Below, in pieces: positions 51,834 to 64,000 of a stretch of 64,000 nt of DNA; the first letter of the stretch is position 1, and each line of letters starts with the position of its first letter. The position numbers were made by a program, and so were the translations under genes. Source of the DNA: Salpingoeca rosetta. Its lineage: Eukaryota; Protista; Choanoflagellata. The notes beneath the pieces were generated by a model. It saw only the letters and a program-made list of their open reading frames with translations. It made no database searches and was not told where the DNA came from. The DNA lies in assembly GCA_033442325.1 (NCBI GenBank), contig JAWQFM010000005.1, positions 1,985,665 to 2,049,664 on the forward strand. Reading direction: 5' to 3'.

Positions 51834-53420
51834 TCACGCCTTCTCGACCTGGTGCTGACGCTGCTCTTCCTCCATGTGGACAAACTTGTCGCGCTGCTTC
51901 TGCGTGACATCCTCCAGCATGGTGAGGCGCTCCTGGATGGCGTCCAGCTCGGCAATCTCGGCGGCGTCCAGGCTGGTGGCCATGGTCTTCAGCTGGCGAA
52001 TCTCGAGCAGCGTCTGGGAGATGTTGGCCAGGGCGCTGGTGGGCAGGAACTGGTGGGTGGTGCCGCCGGTGGCCTCGAAGAGCGCTGATGTGGACGCCTC
52101 CTTGTTCTCGAAGATGTAGTGGCGGCTGTAGCCATAGTGGGTGATGTTGTGCTCGATAATCTGGGCGCGGAGGCGGGTGAGCTGGAGCCAGACGTGTGGG
52201 TGCGTGTGCGCGAGCTTGAGGGCGTTGTACTCCTCGAGCCTTGCTGCGGTGCGGTTGATGAACATGCGCTGCGCCGGCTCTCGGCGCAGGTCAAAGTCCC
52301 TCTGGGCGAGGGTGAGCTCGTTCTCGCCAAAGGTCTGGGTGTCGTAGGAGAAGAGGGACATGGTGCGGGCGAGCTTGATGATGGTGGTCATGGCGCCCGT
52401 CTCACCGCGGGACATGTCGTACTCTGGGGCGCCGAGCTCCTCGGAGCCCTCGAAGCACACCCCCTGAGGCGGGAAGAGGTCGCGGGCGGCGTGACCGGAG
52501 TGGTTGCGCGGGCCTGGGATCCAGATGCGCAGCTGGTTGTAGCCGCGCGGAGAGCACCACTGCGGCATCTGCTTGTTGACTTCGTTGATGTGCCGCATGG
52601 CCTCGACGGCCGTGCGATAGGCGTCGGCGGCGCCGTTGGCGTTGTGGTGCTTGCAGGCAGCGAGGAGGTCGGTGCAGGCGGAGATGAGCTTTGGGGTGCG
52701 GGACTCTTGCACGTAGTGGTTTCCGATGAAGCCAATTTCGTCGCGGGAGCCCTCGCCGCGGACCATGGTGGTGACGGTGTCCTGGTTGAGCTCGGGCGCG
52801 TCCTTGGGCAGGACGCGGCAATTGGCGGGCGAGTACTCGTTGTAGTTCTGCCAGCGGTACAGCGGCATCTCCGTGTCAAAGAGGGTGCAGAGGATGGTGC
52901 GGGGCTGGGCGAGCTGCGCGGGGATGACGGGGTTTGCGCGGCCGACGCGGTTGGGGTCCTTGGACTGCTCCAGCGCATGGCGGCAGGGCTGGTAGCAGTA
53001 GTTGTTGATGAGGTGGGCGTAGATGATCTTGAGCATGGCCAGGGTGGCGATGGTGTCCTCCGTGTTGGCTGGGTCGTGCAGGGCGTGCTCGGCCATGGTG
53101 AGGATGGCCTCGCTCGCGTTGTCCATCTCGTCCACGACCTTTGTGTACTCGCCCGTGCGCAGCAGGCCCGGAGTGCCTTGCTCCGTTATCCAGGGCATGG
53201 CCTTGCACAGGTCGTAGAGGGTGGCCAGGATGGGGTACGTGGTGTTGGTTCGCATGGCGTCGAAGGCACCCGGTAGGTCATATGGGGTTAGGGTTCCACG
53301 GAGCTCGTTTGGCTTGAAGACGTTCACCAGAGGGGTGCGGTCTTGCCGCAGGAGGCGTCGCCATGTGTCCAGCGTCGGTGTCGACAGAAACCGACTCCCC
53401 AACACGCGTGACCGAAACAT
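51834..53420 (-). CDS. Indoleamine 2,3-dioxygenase-family heme dioxygenase (fungal IDO-gamma/bacterial IDO-like), intronless, 528 aa
   Basis: Strongly codon-biased uninterrupted ORF from ATG 53420. Motifs EIGFIGNH, YNQLRIWIPG, GVCFEG, RGETGA, and H(YGYSRH)YI..ATGG resemble IDO-family motifs, including the proximal His and the TGG loop. Confidence 0.75.
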   Translation of the reverse strand: MFRSRVLGSRFLSTPTLDTWRRLLRQDRTPLVNVFKPNELRGTLTPYDLPGAFDAMRTNTTYPILATLYDLCKAMPWITEQGTPGLLRTGEYTKVVDEMDNASEAILTMAEHALHDPANTEDTIATLAMLKIIYAHLINNYCYQPCRHALEQSKDPNRVGRANPVIPAQLAQPRTILCTLFDTEMPLYRWQNYNEYSPANCRVLPKDAPELNQDTVTTMVRGEGSRDEIGFIGNHYVQESRTPKLISACTDLLAACKHHNANGAADAYRTAVEAMRHINEVNKQMPQWCSPRGYNQLRIWIPGPRNHSGHAARDLFPPQGVCFEGSEELGAPEYDMSRGETGAMTTIIKLARTMSLFSYDTQTFGENELTLAQRDFDLRREPAQRMFINRTAARLEEYNALKLAHTHPHVWLQLTRLRAQIIEHNITHYGYSRHYIFENKEASTSALFEATGGTTHQFLPTSALANISQTLLEIRQLKTMATSLDAAEIAELDAIQERLTMLEDVTQKQRDKFVHMEEEQRQHQVEKA

Positions 53421-53868
53421 GGTGTGCGTGCGTGCGTGTGCACGTGTGTGTGCGTGAGCGTGTGTACGAGTTGAGCTGCTTGCGTGGACGCTTGGAGGGG
53501 GCTTGTTGAAGGAGAAGGGAGAGGGCTCGGGATGGTGTGAATGCCACGCGTGCTTATTGGAAAGCGACGAAGCAAGCCACAAACAGCCAGCGAGAGCGAA
53601 GCAAGCGAAGAAAGGCAGGCAGGTAGGCAGGAGGTGGGGAGACCGAATCGAAGGAAGGCGGGAGAGATGGCGAACGAACACACAAACAATGCACACAGCT
53701 TCTTTGCGTGTGTGTGTGTTGTCCGGTGGGCAGCCGTTGTTGCTCGGCGCAAGATGGTGTGTGGGGTTGCTCATGCTTGCTTGTTTTTTGGGTTTTTTGG
53801 GTGTGTCGAACAAAACGCACAGTGAGAAATTTATATGAAGTCATGAACGAAACTACACAATTACGCAA

Positions 53869-55583
53869 TCAGAGTGCCTGCAACGCTTCTGTCGTTCGCT
53901 CCAAGACCTACACAATACAGTTTGTGGTGTTTGGCGTGAGGCGTGGTGTGTGGCGCATGCGCGTGTGTGTGTGTGTGCGTGTGTGAATGTGTGTGTGTGT
54001 GTGTGCGTGTGTGTGCGCGCGCGCGTGTGTGTGTGTGCGTGCGTGTGTGTGTGTGCATGTGTGTGTGTGCATGTGTGTGTGTGCATGTGTGTGTGTGCAT
54101 GTGTTTGTGCATGTGGATGCGTGGATGTGTACATGCGTGTGTAAGCGCAGAAAAGGCAAGGTGAGTGCGCGAGATAGACCGCCAAGATGCACCCATGTAT
54201 GTACCTGTGCAATGGTGGGACGCTGTGAAGGGTCCACTTGAATCATGGACAGAATCAAGTCCCGCACACGCTGCGTGTACCTGAGTATGTTCGTATGTGT
54301 TTGTGTGTGTGTGTGTTTGAGTGTATGTGTTTGTGTGTTTGTGTGTTTGTGTTTGAGTGTATGTGTTTGTGTGTGTTTGTTTGTGTTTGTGTTTGAGTGT
54401 ATGTGTTTGTATGTGTGTGTGTTTGCGTTTGAGTGCGCGTGTTTGAGTGTGTGTGAGTGCAGCGACGAAGAAGAACAGGAGGCACACAAAGGCGAAACAG
54501 CAGATGCAGCCACAACAACGCAGCAACGACAAGAACAACAAGAACAAGAAAGACTGCTGGAGCTTACGGGTCATTAGTTGGAAACGACACTTTCCCTTGG
54601 GCAATTGCCAACGGTAAACTTGCACCTGGTGTGGGCCGAGGGGCAGAGAGTATGCGTGCAGCAAGCAGGTGACAGTGAGAACGGCCATATGGGAAGGGGA
54701 GAGTGGGTCCAGCCGTGTTCTCGCACACACACACACACACAACGAACAACGAATGACGAACAACGAATATCAACACACACACACACACACACACGCAACA
54801 CACAACACACAACACACAACACACAACACACACACACACACACGACAACACACAACACACACACACACACACACACACACAGAGGACCGAGTCTTTCGGT
54901 AAGGCTGTAGAACAGTCAATATGGGCCTTTGATAGATATTTAAAAGTCGTATGGCAAGTTCCTCCGCCGCACCACCTATCATAGGCTGTGCCACGCTTGC
55001 ATTCTATGCGACCATTGGCCCTGCAAGTACAAATGTACGCTGGAGCAAACGCAAGACATCCACCTTCTATATCGATAAAACGCGGTGTTGACGGGCCTCG
55101 GCCTACTACTATCCCTATTTCTATCTCTGGCCTGATATTCGTATACTACGAGCAGTTTGGCTTACTACTTTCTTCTCAAGGAAAACAACACAACAACACA
55201 CACACACACGCACACACAACACACACACACACACACACACACGCAACACACAAACACACACACACACACACGCAACACACAAACACACACACACACACGC
55301 ATCGCACACACATACGCAGGAGCACACCTTGCGCGTTCAAGTGTTCGAATGGGGTGTCAAGATAGGCCATAGAGTAGAGGGTGCAGCCCAGCGACTGCAA
55401 CAATTGTTGACAAGTGGGAGACAGGAAGACATGGGACAACGCAGAGAACGCGTGCGTGTGTGCAAGTGTGCGTGCGTGCGTGTGTGTTAAAAATTGGGTT
55501 GAAAGCAAGAAGAGGAAGGTAATGTCCAGCAACAACCTCGCGCATAGACAGTCAGACAGGCAGACAGACAGACAGAGTAGACC

Positions 55584-55627
<44 letters not shown>

Positions 55628-55891
55628 GACAGACAGACAGATAGACACGCGAGCAGGCTAACCCAGATGTCAATGGCGGTGGTCAGGGTGCAGCGCGACG
55701 GAACATCCACAAGTTCTGGTGGCCGAAAAGGCAGCGTTGTGCGTTCACTCGCAATATCCTGCGATGCACAGTTTTTTTTTTGTGTGTGTGTGTTTGTGTG
55801 CAGTGCACGTGTGTGGGATGGGAGTGTGAGCACGTGTGTGTGTGTGCAGTGAACACGTGCAAGCCTCCCACCATCACCACCACCACCACCA

Positions 55892-55933
<42 letters not shown>

Positions 55934-56707
55934 GCACACAGACACACACGCACACAGACACACACGCACACACGTATGCGCAGGATGTCACCTGCTGTGC
56001 AATGGCTTCTTTTCTGGAGGCAACGTCGATGACGCCTTTCTCCACAGATCCAAAGTCCATCAGCACGGGCGTGCCGTCGCGTGCAAGCAAGACATTGCCC
56101 GGTTTAATGTCGCGATGGCACAGTGGCTCCACCTGCAAAGCAGCAGAAGAGGCACGCCATGAGGAAAAGGCACAGTGCGTCCGCGTTGTGTGTGCTGTGT
56201 GAGCTGGGAATGCCACACTCCATGTTGTTGAACAATTGCTTGCCCAGCAAAACGGCGAACAAGAGCAATAAAGTGAGAAAGCATTGTCGCTAACGCCTCA
56301 CGTTTCATCAACAACAACAACAGCAAGAGCAAGAGCAACAGCAACAGCAGCACTAGCACGTACTCGTGTGTGCATTTGATCGAGGGCAAGGCAAATGCCC
56401 TTGAAGAGGGTGAGGAGTTCGTGTTCGGGAAGATATCCGCCTTGCTCGTGCACGTGGGCAACGTAATCCAAGAGGGTACCGCGCTGCAGGCAGCCAACGC
56501 GTTGCGGCGCAAGGGTCAGCGGTGGGTTGAATTGTGCGCACGTCATGTGTCATGGTGTCATGGGTTCGAGCAAATACACATGCACACACAGAGGTGCGTA
56601 CGCAGGCAACCAGTCTCTCGCTGGGCCTGCAAGGTGTCACAAACATTGAGAGAGAGAGAGAGAGGCAGAAGCAAGCCCCTCCCTCGCACATACACACGCA
56701 CACACAC

Positions 56708-56770
<63 letters not shown>

Positions 56771-57138
56771 AACCCACTTGCATAACGACCAACCTCGTAG
56801 AGCGGGAACACGCAGACGACTTCCTGGCTGGGTGCGCCTTGATTCCTGCGAAGAGAGAGGACGCCGCTTTCCACAACTTGGATGATGTTTGGATGATCAA
56901 AGAGGCGGTAGTACTCAACCTCCGCCTTGGCGCGCTGCACCTCTGCCTTCTCCGTGCACAACATGCGCTTCATGGCGTACATGTCCTTGGTCTGCACGTC
57001 GCAGACCAGGTCCACGTTGGAGAAGCCCCCCGTTGCCAATCGCTTGCGGATTGAAAAACGTCGGCTGCCAACCTCCACCGTCTGGCCATTCCCCACCACG
57101 CCGGCCAGGCAATCCAAAACCCCGAGCCCTTGGCCCAT
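53869..57138 (-). CDS. STK16: Ser/Thr kinase, NAK family, STK16/MPSK1-like
   Basis: N-terminal [10 protein letters not shown] (acylation-like); [54 protein letters not shown]|[25 protein letters not shown]. Last exon 53907-53869. Confidence 0.92.
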
Positions 57139-58033
57139 GCCTCACGTTATTCTGGCTGGCTGCACAGTCGCCGCGCGTGGGGGAAAGGGGGTTGGAGGAA
57201 GCAAACAACAGACAGAGCAACAACAAGCAAGCAAGCAAGCAAGTGTACCTCTCCTTCCTTCTCCTTGCTTCCTTCGACTTGTCCTCCTCTCCGATTGTGT
57301 ATTTGATTGTTTTTGTGTGTCGTCGTCGACCGCGCACATCTCAAAACACGAAAATCTTGTTTTGGAATTTCGATTAAAAATTTGTGTATTTTTTCACACA
57401 ATTTTTACTGCCACTGCTGTGGGGGTTGCTGACGGCTTGCCCATCCTCCCAGTTTTTTCTTTTTTGCTTGTTGTCCCCCTCCTCCCACTTCCCCGCACCA
57501 CATCTCTGCGCAGCGTCGTCGTCGTGACCCCCTTATCTTGTCTTCTCTCGCTTGCCAACAAAGCAGCCAACAACAAACAAGCCACTATCCAAGAAGCCAA
57601 CTCAGCCAGCCCAGTGTCAGCAAAACTTCCCAAAGAAAGAGGTGGGTGCAGCACCAGATCTCCAGCGTTCATTGACACCCGCTTTCACCATCACACACTG
57701 ACACACACAGACGCACACAGACGCACACAGACGCACACAAGGTCACGCGCAAGCACACACAAACTGTGCGCTTTTCTGCCTCTGCTCTCCTTTGTTCTTC
57801 CGTTCGTGTCTGGCTGGACCTTCCTTCCTTGCAACAAACACTTGCGCTCTCTTGTGTTTGTGTTTGTTGGCTCTTGGTTGTTGTTCCCCCTCCCTTTCTT
57901 CGACCCCTTCCCATTCCTCTTTCGATTGCGCCATCACACTCTTCCCTCCTTCTCTCGCTCTCTCTTTCTCTCCTCTCTTTCCCTTACCTGTCAAGTTCCT
58001 CCATTGCAAACGCACAACACACAACACACACAC

Positions 58034-58064
<31 letters not shown>

Positions 58065-58093
58065 CACACAACACACACACACACACACCCAAG

Positions 58094-59716
58094 ATGGGGT
58101 CTGGGTTCTGTTCCATGACAAGGTCTGAAACACCACGGCCCCCCCCCGTCACCTCCTTCCTCTTCTTGGCTTTCATCCTCTTTCTCCCCATCATCAATCA
58201 GGACAAAGAGGGGTTGCAACATTTTTTTCTCTTTCACCACCCATCACGTGATTCCGCACACACCACCAATTCAGTCAGACACACGTGCCATCTTTCATTC
58301 CCCTCACACCTTCCCATTCCTTCCTGGCTTCCCCCCCCCCGCCAACCCTGCCTTCTCTCGTCTTTTCCTTGCATGCACAGAACCGCCAAGCAGCCAGCAA
58401 AGGAGGAAGCACAGCCGGAGCAACCACCGCCACCCAACGACCAAAACGCCACCCAACCACCACCAGCCCAAACACCACAAACAGCAACCATGAGCAGCTC
58501 AAAGGGTGACATCTACCAGGACTCGCTCGAGTACCACGCCAAGCCCACGCCAGGCAAGCTGGCCACGTTCATCACAAAGTCCACCTCCAGCGTGCGCGAC
58601 CTCTCCCTCGCTTACAGCCCGGGCGTGGCGGAGCCAGTGCGCCAGATTGCCAAGGACAAGGAGAACGCCTACGTGTACACGGGCAAGGGCAACACCGTTG
58701 CCGTCATCTCCAACGGCACTGCCATCCTGGGCCTGGGCAACCTCGGCGCCCTCGCCAGCAAGCCCGTCATGGAGGGCAAGTGCCTCCTCTTCAAGACCTT
58801 TGCCGACATTGACGCCGTGGACATTGAGGTCGACACCAAGGACGTTGACACGCTGGTCAACGTCGCCGCAGCCATTGGCGAGACGTGGGGCGGCATCAAC
58901 CTGGAGGACATCAAGGCCCCCGAGTGCTTTGAGGTGGAGCGCCGCCTCAAGGAGCGCTTGTCCATCCCCGTCTTCCACGACGACCAGCACGGCACAGCCA
59001 TCGTCACCGCCGCGGGCCTCCTCAACGCCCTCGAGGTACAGGGCAAGGAGCTCAAGACGGCCCGCATCGTCTGCGTCGGCGCCGGTGCCGCCGGCATTGC
59101 GTGCATGCGCCTCATCCGCACCCTGGGCGCCACCAACGTGCTGCTCATCGACTCGCGCGGCGTCATCTACAAGGGCCGCGAGAACGTCAACGAGTACAAG
59201 GCCGAGTTTGCCACAGAGGGCAAGGAGCGCACCCTCGACGACGCCATTGACGGCGCTGACGTCTTCATCGGCGTCTCCGGGCCGGGCATCCTCACCGCAG
59301 ACCACCTCAAGAAGATGGCCGACAAGCCCATCGTCTTTGCCTGCTCCAACCCGGAGCCCGAGATCCAGCCCGAGCTTGCCCTGAAGACGCGCCCCGACGT
59401 CATCCTCGCCACGGGCCGCAGCGACTACCCGAACCAGGTCAACAACGTCCTCTGCTTCCCCTTCATCTTCCGCGGCGCCCTCGACGCGCGCGCCAGCGCC
59501 ATCAACGACGCCATGAAGGTGGCCGCCGTCGAGGCCATCCGCGGCCTGGCAAAGGAGGAGTGCCCCAAGGACATTTGCGAGCTCTACAAGGCAGACCTCA
59601 AGTTTGGCGCGCAGTACATCCTGCCCAAGCCCATGGACAAGCGCCTCAAGCCCGTCGTGTCGGAGGCCGTGCGCAAGGCCGCCGTCAGCTCCGGGGTTGC
59701 CCGCGCCAAGCTCTGA
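58094..59716 (+). CDS. Bacterial-type (MaeB-like, no PTA domain) malic enzyme, probably NADP-dependent; catalytic part 58490-59716 uninterrupted; putative extra 5' exon 58094-58122
   Basis: LSLAYSPGVA, SNGTAILGLGNLG, KPVMEGK, GGINLEDIKAPECF, FHDDQHGTAIV, GAGAAG, ATGRSDYPNQVNNVL. C-terminus ...ARAKL. The 5' exon is tentative. Confidence 0.93.
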   Translation: MGSGFCSMTRSETPRPPPVTSFLFLAFILFLPIINQDKEGLQHFFLFHHPSRDSAHTTNSVRHTCHLSFPSHLPIPSWLPPPRQPCLLSSFPCMHRTAKQPAKEEAQPEQPPPPNDQNATQPPPAQTPQTATMSSSKGDIYQDSLEYHAKPTPGKLATFITKSTSSVRDLSLAYSPGVAEPVRQIAKDKENAYVYTGKGNTVAVISNGTAILGLGNLGALASKPVMEGKCLLFKTFADIDAVDIEVDTKDVDTLVNVAAAIGETWGGINLEDIKAPECFEVERRLKERLSIPVFHDDQHGTAIVTAAGLLNALEVQGKELKTARIVCVGAGAAGIACMRLIRTLGATNVLLIDSRGVIYKGRENVNEYKAEFATEGKERTLDDAIDGADVFIGVSGPGILTADHLKKMADKPIVFACSNPEPEIQPELALKTRPDVILATGRSDYPNQVNNVLCFPFIFRGALDARASAINDAMKVAAVEAIRGLAKEECPKDICELYKADLKFGAQYILPKPMDKRLKPVVSEAVRKAAVSSGVARAKL

Positions 59717-61153
59717 ACTGCATCATCGGCCCACGCCTCTGGGGTGTGGTCAGGGCGAGCCCGCGCGTTTGGGGAACACGGAACCACCACTGGGCTCCTT
59801 AGTCGTTGTCTGTTTGTCATGTCACGCCGCTTCCTTCTTTCTTCTCTCTTACTCTCTGACTGACTGACTGACTGACTGACTGACTGACTGACTGTCTATC
59901 TCCGTCTGTCAGTCCGTCTATCACTCTTTGTCTGTCTCTTTGTCACTCACTCTTTGCCCTGTCTTCTTCCTCCGCGTTCACTCGTTGTCTCCTTTGATTT
60001 GTCTAGTTTCCCGTGATGCGACGCTTGCTGGCTCCCTCGCTTGCTTGCGTTGCTTCTCCTCGTCCTTCTTTCCTCACCCGTCCCCGTTCCCTCTTTCTTC
60101 GCAGGCGGTTTTCCCTCCCGCCCTCTGTGTTGCGTTGTGTGTTGTGTGCGTGTTCTTTGAAACCCACCAGCCAGGACCAGTGGGTCTTGCAGCACTAGCT
60201 TGGCACGCTATACCCCCACCCGATTTGCTGTCTCGTTTTGCTCCCTCTCCTCTCTCAACTTGAGCTGCGTCACGCCAGCCAGGCAAGGCCACCTTTGCCT
60301 CGGCTTGGTTCCCGCCTCCTCATCCTCCCTTCTCCCTCCTCTGTTTTGGTTTTCGTATGTGCGCCCGTTGTGTTCCTTGACACGCGCGCGTAGATAGTGG
60401 ACCCTTTCTGTCTCTCTCTTTCTCTCCCCCTCCCCTTGTTGCTCCCTCTACACTCTCGTTCATCATACTTGCTTATCCGCTGACTTGTTTTGCTTTCTCG
60501 TCTCCGATAACTGGTTCCTCTGTGATGCGATCTGTGTGCGTGGGCCTTTGCTTTGGTACTGATGGGGCAACAGCGGGTTGTGTGCGCAGTCACCCTTAGG
60601 TGATTTGCCCGAGCGCCACGCATATGCTGTTTGTTGCTGCTCGATCGTTTCGTGACAGCACCCGTCTTCCCTGCCACAATCGCAGCATGTTCTGACCACT
60701 GTCCCCCTCCCTTCTTTCTTCCCTTTTTCTTCCTTGTTTGTGTCCTTCCCCTTGTTCTTGTGTGTGTGGGTGGGGGTAGTGCCTTATGTTAGTTGCCTGC
60801 TTTGGCTAATTGGTCCCAACTGGTTGGTTTCTCTCTTTTGCATCTTCATGTCTCCATCATCATCCCTGCTGCTTTCTGATCAAGCGTGTGTGTGTGTGCT
60901 TGCTGTGTGTGTGTGTGTGTGTTTGTGTTTGTGAAAATGGCACACTGTTGCCTCGATCGTCATATGTGTGTCTTGTCGTCTTGTCGTCATGCCATGTGTC
61001 ATATGTGTCATGTCATGTAATCAACCTCCGCAGCGCCTGCTTCATGGCTCGCGCTGCCCATGTCCACCAAGCACAGTAAAAGCAACGCCACACGCACCAA
61101 CTCATGAATGAAACTCTGCCCCCCCCCAAGACAAGACAAGACAACAACCAACG

Positions 61154-62650
<1,497 letters not shown>

Positions 62651-63284
62651 CAGCAGCATCTGTGCAGTAACGCGCACAGCAAATGCGTGCGCCCGTTCAC
62701 ACCAGTTGCTTTTATGCGTGTGATGGCCATGGTTGCGTTACTCTCTCTCTCTCTCTCGCTCTTGACTTGGTTCATACTGCTCTTCGCACAATTGCTTGCT
62801 TGCTTGATTTGACGCACATACCAGATGTTCATTGAAGGTGTGACACGGTTACAACGAAAGACAGAGCAGAAAGCAAACACAAGGGTCACAAAAAACAAAA
62901 ACAAAAAACAACAACAACAACAACAACACCCACACATAGACACACACACACCCACACCCACACACCCACACCCACCCCCCCCCCCACACACACACACACC
63001 CCAAAAAACCGTAAAAACATACGTATATTTAGACACGCTCGTTGTTTCTCCTAGGAATTAAAATCATCTCCATACATCTGTCATGCTCTTGCACATTCGA
63101 TCTCTCCGTGTGTGCTGGGTAAAAGGTACGAGTGGTCACACTGGGGTAACAAAACTTCAGGTACGTGCGTATGGTAGTCGTAATGTGGGGAGGTCTTGTC
63201 GTTGTCCCGGTTGTACAGTAACCTCCCCATGAACCTTGAGGAAAAAACAACAAGAAAAAGCCTTGGGGAAGATGCGGGAAGGAG

Positions 63285-63384
63285 NNNNNNNNNNNNNNNN
63301 NNNNNNNNNNNNNNNNNNNNNNNNNNNNNNNNNNNNNNNNNNNNNNNNNNNNNNNNNNNNNNNNNNNNNNNNNNNNNNNNNNNN
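63285..63384. other. Assembly gap (100 N)
   Basis: Run of N in the sequence. Confidence 1.
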
Positions 63385-63409
63385 ACCACACACACACCAC
63401 CACACACCA

Positions 63410-63456
<47 letters not shown>

Positions 63457-63492
63457 GACACACCCAACCACACACACACACACACACACACA

Positions 63493-64000
63493 CTAAGGCC
63501 GTCGCGTGGCCAGCACAAAGGTCCAAGTGCCCGTGTTGGGATCATACGACTCGTGTACCGTGCCTGGAGTAGTCTCCAGTCGGTGTAGCAGCTGCTCACG
63601 ATCCTCGCCCGGACGCTCACGCACCCCACGGACCCTCACGCGAATACGACACCAGTACAAGCCTTGCGGTAGGTGCGGGAAGCCGTCCTCCGCACTTCCG
63701 CGCAGCTGCACAAGCAGATTCAACACCTCATACCGGAAATGCATGGGGAACCACACGCATAAGTCTTCGCCAGAATACACGCAAATCTCGGTGGAGGAGA
63801 TGGCCACACGTGCGTCACGCGGCACAAAGCGATTCGGCCGTGAGAACAAGTCCTCAACATCCAAAGGACTTCCTGCTTCCAGCGCATCGTGGCCGCGCCC
63901 GTCCTCCGTCACGGCACTGCCCACTCCCTCAACTGCAATCCCAGCTCCATCATCAGTATCATCAGCATCATCAGCATCATCGCCATGGTGGTTAGCATCG
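63493..64000 (-). CDS. 3' part of a protein with a Nup98 autoproteolytic-domain (peptidase S59/Nucleoporin2)-like C-terminus; 5' end outside window
   Basis: Frame is open to the window edge. It ends ...RVRVRGV..LLHRLETTPGTVHESYDPNTGTWTFVL, resembling the APD terminal motif G.xF.xY.PxTGxWxFxV. No HF/S site follows. Confidence 0.4.
   Translation of the reverse strand, partial: DANHHGDDADDADDTDDGAGIAVEGVGSAVTEDGRGHDALEAGSPLDVEDLFSRPNRFVPRDARVAISSTEICVYSGEDLCVWFPMHFRYEVLNLLVQLRGSAEDGFPHLPQGLYWCRIRVRVRGVRERPGEDREQLLHRLETTPGTVHESYDPNTGTWTFVLATRRP

Noticed and set aside
52119-53276. 385-aa + strand ORF, and similar antisense ORFs over VCP and the malic enzyme
   Set aside because: Antisense shadows of GC3-rich coding sequence.
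53421-53813. N-terminal extension of the 659-aa IDO-like ORF
   Set aside because: Low-complexity UTR/promoter-like sequence; codon bias begins at ATG 53420.
56927-58093. N-terminal ~390 aa of the 929-aa ORF that includes the malic enzyme
   Set aside because: It overlaps STK16 exon 1 antisense and a pyrimidine/CA-rich intergenic region; a chance stop-free frame.
59855-59895. (CTGA)n tract downstream of the malic enzyme as possible snoRNA D boxes
   Set aside because: Simple tetranucleotide microsatellite with no paired C box or terminal stem.
63000-63284. Apparent degenerate second copy of the APD-like region (FPHLPQG repeated) with possible short inverted termini
   Set aside because: It follows a degrading (CA)n tract, abuts the N gap, and loosely mirrors 63530-63685 with frameshifts. 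Best explained as a low-quality read tail, not a paralog or MITE.

Overview
Intron-rich eukaryotic genomic DNA. Introns are filled with (GT)n/(CA)n microsatellites, exons are GC-rich, and there is an HM-motif tyrosine kinase; by inference this is a choanoflagellate, most likely Salpingoeca rosetta. Manual splicing gives about 14 genes, in order: VCP/p97 (5'-partial), a two-PTB HMTK tyrosine kinase, a small unannotated 201-aa protein with EPLYA-type motifs and helical repeats, RAD54L2/ARIP4-like SNF2 ATPase, TM9SF1, OTUD3-like DUB head-to-head with a divergent ATG9, a large C-type lectin/mucin membrane receptor head-to-head with a Kazal/mucin membrane protein, an intronless IDO-family dioxygenase, STK16, a bacterial-type malic enzyme, a secreted GH130-type mannosidase, and the 3' end of a Nup98-APD-like protein beyond a 100-N gap. 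The most interesting items are the EPLYA/repeat adaptor next to the kinase, the EPN/WND lectin receptor (internal duplication, 6-nt microexons, Tyr-rich tail) and the malic enzyme carrying both an N-acylation exon and a PTS1. All family assignments are from recalled motifs; no searches were run.
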